In this document: positions 49,640-60,291 of the stretch, piece after piece
Numbering within the stretch: position 1 is the stretch's first letter
Layout of the letters: every line of letters starts with the position of its first letter
Source of the DNA: Candidatus Eiseniibacteriota bacterium
GTDB lineage: Bacteria > Eisenbacteria > RBG-16-71-46
Direction: 5' to 3'
Length of the DNA stretch: 64,000 nt
Assembly: GCA_044223005.1 (NCBI GenBank)
Contig: JBGAML010000015.1
Coordinates: 32,001 to 96,000, forward strand
Program-made: the position numbers and the translations under genes
Notes under the pieces: model-generated
Seen by the model: only the letters and a program-made list of their open reading frames with translations
Databases searched by the model: none
Told to the model about the DNA's origin: nothing

Positions 49640-52410
49640 ATGTCCCGGCGCCTGGATTTCGTGCTGCGCGAGAACGCCGACTACATCGACCAGCAGTTCG
49701 CCCGCTGGCAGGCCGATCCGACCTCGGTGCCGGAGGATTGGGCGCTCTTCTTCGCCGGCATGGAGGTCGCGGCGCGACCCCGTCCGGCTGGCGCTCCCAC
49801 CGGCGGTCCGTACGCGGGCGTGCGCAGCCTCGTGCATGCGTTCCGCGAGTTCGGCCACCTCGCGGCCCGGCTCGACCCGCTGGATCTCGCGAACGAGAGC
49901 GCACACCCGTTCCTCGAGCCGTCGGCCTACGGACTGACCGAGGCCGACCTCGATCGCGAGGTGGACGGATCGCCGTTCCGCGGCAGCTACACCGGGACTC
50001 TGCGCAGCCTGCTGCAGTCGCTGCGTGAGACGTACTGCGGCACGCTCGCGGTCGAGTTCATGGACATCTCCGATCCCGAGGTGCGCGAGTGGTTCGCGGA
50101 GCGGATCGAAGTCGGGAACAACCGCCCGACGCCGCCCGCCGGCGACCGCATCGCCATCCTGCGTTCGCTGCTCGCGGCCGACGGCTTCGAGCAGTTCCTG
50201 CACGCGCGCTACACCGGGCAGAAGCGATTCTCGCTCGAGGGTGGCGCGAGCCTGATCCCGATGCTCGAGACGCTCGTTCGTGAGGCCGCGTCGATGGGTG
50301 TCGAGGGCCTGCAGATCGGCATGCCTCATCGCGGCCGGCTCAACGTGCTCGTGAACCTGCTGGGCAAGCCGCTCGAGCAGGTCTTCAGCGAGTTCGAGTC
50401 CAACTTCGCTCCCGGCGACGTCGAGGGGCAGGGGGACGTCAAGTACCACCTCGGATTCCACTCCACGCAGACGATGCCCAACGGCCGCTCGATCGCCCTC
50501 GGGCTCTGCTACAACCCGAGCCACCTCGAGTACGTGAACCCGGTCGTGCTCGGCATGATGCGCGCGCGCCAAGAGGCCATGGGCGACCGGGCGCGTGACC
50601 GCGGTGTGCCGGTGCTGATCCACGGCGACGCGGCGTTCGCGGGCGAGGGCATCGTGCCGGAGACGCTGACGCTGGCCCAGCTGCCGGCGTACCGCACCGG
50701 CGGCACGGTGCACGTCATCGTCAACAACCAGGTCGGCTTCACGACCTCGCCGCACGATTCGCGCCCCACGCGCTACTGCACCGCGATCGCCCGGGTGGTC
50801 GACGCGCCGGTGCTGCACGTGAACGGCGACGACCCGGAAGCCTGTGTACGCGCCATGTCGCTCGCGCTCGAGTACCGGATGCGGTTCAAGCGCGACGTGT
50901 TCGTGGACCTCGTGTGCTACCGCAAGCACGGCCACAACGAGATGGACGACCCGACCTTCACGCAGCCGGTGATGTACCGCGCGATCGCGGTGCACTTGCC
51001 GGCCTCGCGCGCCTACGCCGAGCGGCTGGTCGAGGAAGGCGTGCTCGACCGCGCCGGTCTCGAGAAGATCGAGACCGAGATCGACGCGAACTTCCGCGCG
51101 GCGCACCGGCGCGCGAGCAGCGATCCGCTGCCGCCCGAGCGCTCGCTCCCGGGTGGCCTGTGGCGCGGACTGGACTGGGCCGGCGACGACTGGAGCGCGG
51201 ACACGCGCGTGTCGCGGCAGGGGCTCGAGCCGCTGGTGCAGGGCATCACGCGGATCCCCGGGGGCTTCCATCCGCACCGCAAGATCCAGCAGCTCGCGAC
51301 CGACCGCCGCACGATGTTCCTCGAGGACCGCATCGACTGGTCGCTCGCCGAGACGCTCGCGTACGGTTCGCTGCTGCTCGAGGGCCGCAACGTCCGCCTG
51401 ACCGGCCAGGATGCCGGCCGCGGCACGTTCACTCACCGGCACTCGGTCCTGCACGACACCGAGGACGGGCGGCGCTGGATCCCGCTGCAGCACCTGGCGG
51501 TGGAGCAGGGCCGCTTCGAGGTCGTGGACTCCATGCTGAGCGAGGCCGCGGTGCTCGGGTTCGAGTACGGCTACAGCACCGCCGACCCGCACACGCTCGT
51601 GATCTGGGAGGCGCAGTTCGGCGACTTCGCCAACGTCGCGCAGGTCTACGCCGACCAGTTCATCGCCAGCGCCGAGAGCAAGTGGGGCCGCATGTCCGGG
51701 CTCACGCTGCTGCTGCCGCACGGCTACGAAGGGCAGGGGCCCGAGCATTCGAGCGCGCGTCTCGAGCGCTGGCTCGAGCTCTGCGCCGAGGCGAACCTCC
51801 AGGTCTGCCATCTCACGACGCCCGCGCAGCTGTTCCACGCCCTGCGCCGCCAGCTGCACCGGCGCTTCCGCAAGCCGCTGGTGATCATGAGCCCCAAGAG
51901 CCTGCTGCGGCACAAGCGCGTGATCTCGCCGGTCGCCGACCTGACCGACGGCACGTTCCGCCCCGTGCTCGACGACACGGTCGACGCCGCGACGGTACGT
52001 CGCGTGCTCGTCGTGTCGGGCAAGTTCTACTACCCGCTGCTCGAGGCGCGTGCGGCGTTCCGCCGCGACGACGTCGCGATCGTGCGGCTGGAGCAGCTGT
52101 ATCCGTTCCCGGCGTCCGAACTCGTCGCGGCGCTCGATCGCTATCCGGGCGCGAACGAGGTCGTCTGGGTGCAGGAGGAGCCGGAGAACATGGGCGCTTG
52201 GCGGCACCTGCGCCACCGGCTCGAAGGCGTCGTGCACGCGGGCCAGTCGCTGCGCTGCGTCGCGCGACGCGCCGCGGCGTCGACCGCCACCGGCTTCTAC
52301 CCGATCCACCAGCAGCAGGAGCAGCAGTTGCTCGCGCAGGCGATGGGCCAGGAAGCGCTACCCGAGCCGCCGGCCGGCGAGGCCGGGCGCGTGACGCATG
52401 GAGGAGGGCG

Positions 52411-52414
<4 letters not shown>
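49640..52414 (+). CDS. sucA: 2-oxoglutarate dehydrogenase E1
   Basis: [55 protein letters not shown]. Confidence 0.97.
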
Positions 52415-53670
<1,256 letters not shown>

Positions 53671-53674
53671 GACC

Positions 53675-55075
53675 GTGGCCGACTCGTTCGATCTCGTCGT
53701 CATCGGCGCCGGGCCGGGCGGCTACGTCGCCGCGATCCGGGCCGCGCAGCTGGGCTTCCGCACGGCGTGCGTCGAGAAGTATCCCTCACTCGGTGGCACA
53801 TGCCTCAACGTCGGCTGCATCCCGAGCAAGGCGCTGCTCGATTCGAGCGAGCACTTCGAGTTCGCGCGCAAGCACCTGGCCGCGCACGGCGTGAAGGCGA
53901 CCGCCGAACTCGACCTGCCGACGATGCTCAAGCGCAAGGACGGAGTCGTCCGCGACCTGACGCGCGGCGTCGAGGGCCTCTTCCGTAAGCACCAGATCGA
54001 ACGCGTCATCGGCACGGCGCGCCTCGCGGGCGACGGCCGGGTCGAGGTCACGGGCGAGGCCGGCGCCCGCACGTTGCAGGCCGAGCGCATCCTGGTCGCC
54101 ACCGGCAGCAAGCCGATCGCGCTGCCGGGCATCGCCTACGACGGCCGCCGGATCGTGCACTCGACCGACGCGCTGTCGCTGCCCGAGGTGCCGAAGCGGC
54201 TGCTCGTGATCGGCGCGGGCGCGATCGGGCTCGAGCTGGGCTCGGTCTGGCGGCGCCTGGGCGCCGAGGTCACCGTGCTCGAATATCTCGATCGCATCGT
54301 GCCGGGCATGGACGCGGGGACGGCGAAGCTGCTCCATCGCGCGCTCGAGCGCCAGGGGATGAAGTTCCGCTTCGGCGTCTCGGCCCGCTCGGCGAGCGTC
54401 GCGGGGGACGAGGTCACCGTAGAGGTCGCGCCGGCCGCCGGGGGCGAGGCGACGCGGGAGACCTGCGACGTCCTGCTCGTCGCGGTCGGGCGCCGGCCCT
54501 ACACCGACGGCCTGGGCGCCGCCGAAGCCGGCGTGAAGCTCGACGCCCGCGGCCGCATCGAGGTCGACGAGCACTGGCACACGAGCGCTCCCGGCATCTG
54601 GGCGATCGGGGACGTCATCCCGGGCCCGATGCTCGCGCACAAGGCGGAGGAGGAGGGCATCGCCTGCGTCGAGCGCATGGCGGGGCTCGCCGGGCACGTC
54701 AACTACGGCTGCATCCCCGGGGTCGTCTACACGTGGCCGGAAATGGCCGGGGTCGGGCTCTCCGAAGAGGAGGCCGCGGCCCAGGGCCGCAAGGTCTCCG
54801 TCGGGACCTTCCCATTCCTCGCCAACGGCCGCGCCAAGGCGATGGGGGAGCGCGACGGACAGGTCAAGATCATCGCCGATTCCGAGACGGACCGGCTCCT
54901 CGGGGCCCACATCGTCGGCCCCCGGGCGAGCGACCTGATCGCCGAACTGGCCGTGGCCCTCGAGATGGGGGCGAGCGCCGAGGACATCGCGCGCTCGGTC
55001 CACGCCCATCCCACCTTGCCGGAAGCCATCAAGGAGGCCGCGCTGGCCGTCGCCGGGCGGGCGATCCACGCCTGA
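53675..55075 (+). CDS. lpdA: Dihydrolipoyl dehydrogenase E3
   Basis: GAGPGGY, GGTCLNVGCIPSKAL, MLAHKA, HAHPTLPE. Confidence 0.97.
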   Translation: MADSFDLVVIGAGPGGYVAAIRAAQLGFRTACVEKYPSLGGTCLNVGCIPSKALLDSSEHFEFARKHLAAHGVKATAELDLPTMLKRKDGVVRDLTRGVEGLFRKHQIERVIGTARLAGDGRVEVTGEAGARTLQAERILVATGSKPIALPGIAYDGRRIVHSTDALSLPEVPKRLLVIGAGAIGLELGSVWRRLGAEVTVLEYLDRIVPGMDAGTAKLLHRALERQGMKFRFGVSARSASVAGDEVTVEVAPAAGGEATRETCDVLLVAVGRRPYTDGLGAAEAGVKLDARGRIEVDEHWHTSAPGIWAIGDVIPGPMLAHKAEEEGIACVERMAGLAGHVNYGCIPGVVYTWPEMAGVGLSEEEAAAQGRKVSVGTFPFLANGRAKAMGERDGQVKIIADSETDRLLGAHIVGPRASDLIAELAVALEMGASAEDIARSVHAHPTLPEAIKEAALAVAGRAIHA

Positions 55076-55325
55076 GAGGCATATTTCAGGCAACGTGCAA
55101 ATCGCATTGCCGGAGTGGCTTGCAGGTGGCCGATCGGGGTGCCGGACCCAAGAAAGTGCTTGCGGGCGGCCCGCCACGCGGTGATAGACTTCCTGCTTGA
55201 GGTAACGAACCCGTTTCGCCTGCGCCCGCCCTCGTGTACCCCCCCTGGTGCGTAGGCCGTCGGCGGCATGATGCCCCGGCGACTCCCGACTCAAAGACCC
55301 ACATCGTGCCTGAGGAGAATCGCCG

Positions 55326-56114
55326 ATGAGGCAGTTGCTGCGCGTCCGTACGGCTGTAATCGTTTACACCTGCATGCTTTGCGCGACGGCCGCGTGGGCG
55401 ACCCCGCCCGCTGTCGCCACGTTCGGGACCAGCTGGGACGGCCCCGGCACGAGCCTGCAGACGATCATCGACAACTACCTCGCTTCGAGTGGTGCTCCCG
55501 CCGGTTCCGTCAACGCGTACACCGACTACATGGGCGCGCATGACCTCGACATCGATCCGTGGTTCTGGGTCGGTCATGACGTGAACGCGTTCCTCGTCAC
55601 CGAGATCGCCGGCAACAAGGACATCAACTCGGTCGGCTGGTACGTCGAGAACGGCGGCGTTCCGGTGCTCTCGGGCAACGGCTCGACCGACGGCGTCGTG
55701 TTCCCCGGTCCGCGAGGCGCGGGCACGAACGCGGTCTTCACGCTTCCGGCGGACCGGACCAAGTTCGGCTTCTACCTCGACACGCACCGCATGGTCACGG
55801 GCCCCAACGGCTCGTTCCCCGAGATCTTCTACACGAACCGCAAGTTCAACGATGCGGGCCGGTACGGTTTCGGTGCCACGCGCGCGCCGTGGGACGGCGA
55901 CATCCAGGCGCTCGTCTTCGACGTGTCGCGCTGGAAGGGCCCGAACACGTTCCTCGTCTGCTTCGAGGACCTCGACGCCGGCGACACCGTGTCGCCCATC
56001 TCGGGCATCGGCACCGACAGCGACTACAACGACTTCGTGTTCCAGGTCACGGCGCTCGGCGCCACGCCGACGAAGTCCCTGACGTTCGGTGCGCTGAAGG
56101 CCCTGTACCGCTGA
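55326..56114 (+). CDS. Secreted DUF4114-like protein with TFGALKALYR tail
   Basis: SD GAGGAG; signal peptide AWA; FGFYL, FEDL...DSDYNDFVF acidic motif. Confidence 0.75.
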   Translation: MRQLLRVRTAVIVYTCMLCATAAWATPPAVATFGTSWDGPGTSLQTIIDNYLASSGAPAGSVNAYTDYMGAHDLDIDPWFWVGHDVNAFLVTEIAGNKDINSVGWYVENGGVPVLSGNGSTDGVVFPGPRGAGTNAVFTLPADRTKFGFYLDTHRMVTGPNGSFPEIFYTNRKFNDAGRYGFGATRAPWDGDIQALVFDVSRWKGPNTFLVCFEDLDAGDTVSPISGIGTDSDYNDFVFQVTALGATPTKSLTFGALKALYR

Positions 56115-56150
56115 AATCCCTCGGACGTCCCCCCGTCCGTGTCCCGACCA

Positions 56151-56181
56151 GCGCCCGGCTCTCGCCGGGCGCTTCGTCGTT
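56151..56181 (+). terminator. Putative intrinsic terminator
   Basis: GCGCCCGGC-TCTC-GCCGGGCGC followed by TTCGTCGTT. Confidence 0.55.
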
Positions 56182-56214
56182 GACGCCCCGTGACGCTTCT
56201 CGCATCTTGCCCGC

Positions 56215-57081
56215 ATGCCCATCCTGACGCTCGGTGATTGGACGCTCCATACGCTCGAAGCGGGCGCGCTCTGGCTCGACGGCGGCGCCATGTTCGGCTC
56301 CGTACCGCGGCCGCTCTGGAGCCGCACGAACCCGCCCGACGATCGCAACCGCATCCACCTCGCGATGCGCTGCATGCTGCTCGTCGGGCATGGCCGCCGC
56401 GTCCTCGTGGACGTGGGACTCGGCGACAAGTCGGACGCCAAGTTCCGCGACATCTTCCGCGTCGAGGACGAGCCCCGGCTCGTGGACTCGCTCGCGGCCG
56501 CCGGCTTCGGGCCCGGGGACGTGACGGACGTCGTGCTCACGCACCTGCATTTCGACCACGCCGGCGGTTCCACGGTGCGCACGCCCGAGGGGCTGGCGCC
56601 CTGGCTGCCGCACGCCCGCTGGCACGTGCAGCGGCGCAACTGGGAGAACGCGCACGCGCCCAACCCGCGCGAGCGCGCCTCGTACCTGCTCGAGAACTTC
56701 GACCCGCTCGAAGCGGCGGGGGTGCTCGAGTTCACGCAGGGCACGGCGTCGCCGTTCCCGGGCGTCACGTTCGTCACCGCCGAGGGCCACACGCGCGGCC
56801 AGCAGCTGGTCCGCGTCGAGGGCGGCGGGCACGTCGCCTACTTCGTCGCCGACCTGATCCCGACCGCCTCGCACGTGCGGATTCCCTATGTCATGGGCTA
56901 CGACATCGCCGCCATCGAGACGATGACGGAAAAGGCCGAACTGCTCGCGCGCGCCGCCGACGAGCGCGCGTGGATCGTGCTCGAGCACGATCCCGTCACG
57001 GCTTTCGCCCGGCCCGTGCGCGACGGGCGCGATTTCGGCTGGGACGCGCTCGTGCCCGCGACCGCAGCCACCGCCGACTGA
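56215..57081 (+). CDS. Metallo-beta-lactamase-fold hydrolase (YtnP-like)
   Basis: LDGGAMFG, THLHFDHAGG, RERASY, GHTRGQ, MGYD, EHDP. Confidence 0.93.
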   Translation: MPILTLGDWTLHTLEAGALWLDGGAMFGSVPRPLWSRTNPPDDRNRIHLAMRCMLLVGHGRRVLVDVGLGDKSDAKFRDIFRVEDEPRLVDSLAAAGFGPGDVTDVVLTHLHFDHAGGSTVRTPEGLAPWLPHARWHVQRRNWENAHAPNPRERASYLLENFDPLEAAGVLEFTQGTASPFPGVTFVTAEGHTRGQQLVRVEGGGHVAYFVADLIPTASHVRIPYVMGYDIAAIETMTEKAELLARAADERAWIVLEHDPVTAFARPVRDGRDFGWDALVPATAATAD

Positions 57082-57113
57082 TTCCTTCCCCACCCACGCT
57101 CTCCGGAGTCCCG

Positions 57114-57764
57114 ATGCTCGACCATCTCTTCCAGGCCTGGATGGGCCTGATCCAGACCTGGGGTTACGCCGGCACGTTCGCGCTCTGCGTCGTCGGCTTC
57201 ACGTTCTTCCCGATCCCGATCGAGATCATCGTGCCCTCGGCCGCCTACTGGGCGACGCAGGGACAGACCGACCTGCGGCTCGTGGCGATCGTGGCCGCGC
57301 TCGGCGCGTGGGTCGGGGCGTCGATCGCGTTCTTCGTCGCCCGCTCGGTCGGGCGCGCGATCATCCTCCGCTACGGCAAGTACGTCCTCGTGCCCGAGAA
57401 GAAGTGGCTCCTCGCCGAAGCGTGGATCCTCCACTACTCGGCGGTGGGCGTCTTCTTCGCGCAGCTGCTGCCGATCGTCCGCCATGTGGTCTCGCTGCCG
57501 GCCGGCGCCGCGCGCATGAAGTGGCGCACGTTCTCGCTCGCGTTCCTGCTCGGATCGATCGTGGAGTGCAGCCTGCTCGCGTGGTTCGGCGCGCAGGTGC
57601 TCGGAGACCAGAAGGACCTGATGAACAACCCGCGCGTGCTCCGCGACGCCATCGAGGCCAAGCTGTGGTGGGTGATCGTGGCGGCGATCGTCGTCGTACT
57701 GCTCTACGTGACCATGGACCTGCTCGGGCGGCGCGCGAAGGCCGCGGCGGGGACGCGGCATTGA
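57114..57764 (+). CDS. DedA family membrane protein
   Basis: FPIPIEIIVP, GRAIILRYGKY, LLPIVRHVVSLPAGAARM. Confidence 0.92.
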   Translation: MLDHLFQAWMGLIQTWGYAGTFALCVVGFTFFPIPIEIIVPSAAYWATQGQTDLRLVAIVAALGAWVGASIAFFVARSVGRAIILRYGKYVLVPEKKWLLAEAWILHYSAVGVFFAQLLPIVRHVVSLPAGAARMKWRTFSLAFLLGSIVECSLLAWFGAQVLGDQKDLMNNPRVLRDAIEAKLWWVIVAAIVVVLLYVTMDLLGRRAKAAAGTRH

Positions 57765-59005
57765 CCACCGCCGAACGGGGTGCGCGGCTCGCCCTGGGGG
57801 CGCTGCTCGCGCTGGCCGCTCCGGCCGGTGCCGCGGACCAGGAGACGATCTTCGTGGTCAACCCGACGACGACGAAAGTGACGTTCGTGGTCAAGGCGCC
57901 GGCGTCCACTCCCGCGGGGGAGACGCTCTGGATCTCGGGCGACCGCGCCGAACTCGGCAACTGGAGCGGGCAGGGGCTCGCGCTCGCCGCCGCGGGCGAG
58001 CGGACGTGGACGGCGACGATCGGCCTGCCGGTGGGGGCTACGTTCGAGTACAAGGTGACACGCGGCGACTGGAACCGTGTCGAGAAGGACGCGCACGGCG
58101 GCGAGGTCGCCAACCGGCAGTGGACGGTGCGGACGAGCGACACGCTGCGGATCGAGGTCGCCACGTGGCGCGACCAGGTCGAGGCGCCGGGAAGTGCGGC
58201 GCGGCCGCACACGCTCACGGGTGACGTGCGCCGGCACCCGGCGTTCGCGTCGCGTCACGTCACCCCGCGCGACGTGCTCGTCTGGCTGCCGCCGGGCTAC
58301 GACGTGCAGTCCGCGCGCCGCTACCCGGTCGTCTACTTCCTCGACGGGCAGAACGTGTTCGACGGGGCCACCAGCTTCATCCCGGGCGAGGAGTGGGGCG
58401 CCGACGAGGCCGCCGACCGGCTCGTGCGCTCGGGCCGGATGGCGCCCTGCATCCTGGTCGCGGTGCCCAACAGCAGCGCGCGCATCGACGAGTACACGTG
58501 GGTGCCCGATCCCGGGCACGGCGGGGGCAAGGCCGCGGCGCACCAGCGGTTCCTGCTCGAGGAGCTGAAGCCGTTCGTGGACCGCACCTACCGCACGCTC
58601 CCGGACGCGGCGCACACCGGCGTCGTCGGCAGCTCGCTGGGCGGGCTCGCGGCGCTCGACCTGCTGCTCGAGCATCCCGAGGCCGTGAGCATGGCCGGCG
58701 TCGTGTCGCCCGCCGTGTGGTGGGCCGGCAACGAGATCGTGACGCGCACCCTCGCGGGCCACGGCCACACGGGACGCGTCTGGGTCGACATCGGCACCGC
58801 CGAGGGCTCGGCGAAGGCGACCGAGCCGCAGCCGTGGCTCGAGGGCGCCCGCGCCCTCCGGGACGCGTTACAGAAACGCGGTTGGCGGGAGGACGTCGAC
58901 CTGCATTACGAGGAGATCGAGGGCGCCCGGCACAACGAGGCCGCGTGGCGCGCGCGGGTCGACCGCGTCCTGCTTTTCCTGGTCGGCCCGGCCGCCGGGC
59001 GCTGA
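57761..59005 (+). CDS. Exported CBM20-like domain fused to an alpha/beta-hydrolase esterase
   Basis: TTGA overlap with dedA; signal peptide; ELGNW...FEYKVTRGDW; VWLPPGY, DGQNVFD, GSSLGG, HNEAAW. Confidence 0.85.
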   Translation: MTTAERGARLALGALLALAAPAGAADQETIFVVNPTTTKVTFVVKAPASTPAGETLWISGDRAELGNWSGQGLALAAAGERTWTATIGLPVGATFEYKVTRGDWNRVEKDAHGGEVANRQWTVRTSDTLRIEVATWRDQVEAPGSAARPHTLTGDVRRHPAFASRHVTPRDVLVWLPPGYDVQSARRYPVVYFLDGQNVFDGATSFIPGEEWGADEAADRLVRSGRMAPCILVAVPNSSARIDEYTWVPDPGHGGGKAAAHQRFLLEELKPFVDRTYRTLPDAAHTGVVGSSLGGLAALDLLLEHPEAVSMAGVVSPAVWWAGNEIVTRTLAGHGHTGRVWVDIGTAEGSAKATEPQPWLEGARALRDALQKRGWREDVDLHYEEIEGARHNEAAWRARVDRVLLFLVGPAAGR

Positions 59006-59115
59006 GGCGCGCCCGGCGTGCACCGCCGGGGGCGCCGCGGGTTGATTCGGGGAAGTCGCGTGGGCTAACGTCCGCGGCACTCCGCAGTCCCCTTCCTCGA
59101 TCCCGGAACGCTCCC

Positions 59116-60219
59116 ATGCCATCGGTCGAACTCGTCCAACTCGGCAAGATCTACGGCCGCGGCCAGAAGGCGGTCGACGGCGTCTCGCTGCACATTCGCG
59201 ACGGTGAGTTCCTCGTGCTCGTCGGCCCGTCGGGCTGCGGCAAGTCCACCGTGCTGCGCATGGTGGCCGGGCTCGAGGACATCTCCGAGGGGCAGGTCAA
59301 GATCGGCGAGCGCGTCGTGAACGACGTGGCGCCCAAGGATCGCGACGTCGCCATGGTGTTCCAGAACTACGCGCTCTACCCGCACATGAGCGTGTTCGAG
59401 AACATGGCGTTCGGGCTCCGGCGGCGGAAGCTCCCCGACGCCGAGGTCCAGCAGAAGGTGAACGAGACGGCCGAGATCCTCGGCCTGTCGACCTACCTGC
59501 AGCGGCGGCCGCGCGAGTTGTCGGGCGGCGAGCGCCAGCGCGTCGCACTCGGCCGCGCCATGGTGCGAAAGCCGCAGGTCTTCTTGTTCGACGAGCCGCT
59601 CTCGAATCTCGACGCCAAGCTGCGCGTGCAGATGCGCGCCGAGATCAAGCGCCTGCACCAGCGCGTCGGCGCCACGATGATCTACGTGACGCACGACCAG
59701 GTCGAAGCCATGACCCTCGGCGACCGGATCGCGGTGATGCGCAAGGGCGTGCTGCAGCAGTGCGCCGACCCGTTCACGCTGTACACCGCGCCCGCGAACC
59801 AGTTCGTCGCCGGGTTCATCGGCAGCCCGCCGATCAATTTCTTCACGGCGACGCTCTCCGCCGACGGCACCCAGCTCGACGCGAGCGGCGTGAAGCTGCC
59901 GATGCCCGAGCCGCTCCGCGGCGCGGCGGCCGGCCTCAGGGGCCGCCCCGTGAACGTGGGCGTCCGGCCCGAGGACCTGGTGCTGGAGCCCGTCCCGGGC
60001 GGCGGCGCGATTCCCGCCACGGTCGAGGTGCGCGAGCCGCTCGGCAACGAGACGCTCGTCCACTGGAAGAGCCCGGTCGGCGAGATCGTCTCCCGCGTGC
60101 CCGGCCAGACCGCGCCGGCCGTGGGGGAGAAAGCCACGCTCCACTGCTCGCTCGCCAAGATGCACGTGTTCGATCCTACGAACGAGCACGCCATCGCGCC
60201 CGAGGCCGTGCACGCCTGA
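59116..60219 (+). CDS. Carbohydrate ABC transporter ATP-binding protein (MalK/UgpC/MsmX family)
   Basis: GPSGCGKST, MVFQNYALYPHM, LSGGERQR, DEPLSNLDAKLR, YVTHDQ. Confidence 0.95.
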   Translation: MPSVELVQLGKIYGRGQKAVDGVSLHIRDGEFLVLVGPSGCGKSTVLRMVAGLEDISEGQVKIGERVVNDVAPKDRDVAMVFQNYALYPHMSVFENMAFGLRRRKLPDAEVQQKVNETAEILGLSTYLQRRPRELSGGERQRVALGRAMVRKPQVFLFDEPLSNLDAKLRVQMRAEIKRLHQRVGATMIYVTHDQVEAMTLGDRIAVMRKGVLQQCADPFTLYTAPANQFVAGFIGSPPINFFTATLSADGTQLDASGVKLPMPEPLRGAAAGLRGRPVNVGVRPEDLVLEPVPGGGAIPATVEVREPLGNETLVHWKSPVGEIVSRVPGQTAPAVGEKATLHCSLAKMHVFDPTNEHAIAPEAVHA

Positions 60220-60239
60220 GCGAAGCCGCAGAAACGACC

Positions 60240-60270
60240 AGGGCCCCGGCGCCAGCGGCGCCGGGGCCCT
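60240..60270. terminator. Probable bidirectional terminator between convergent genes
   Basis: 14-bp stem AGGGCCCCGGCGCC-AGC-GGCGCCGGGGCCCT with T-containing flanks on both strands. Confidence 0.7.
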
Positions 60271-60291
60271 TCGCGTTCCCGGGGATCGGGG

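Noticed and set aside
48803..52309. 1168-aa ORF ending in a pilin
   Set aside because: It is the antisense shadow of sucA; the pilin has its own SD and ATG at 49282.
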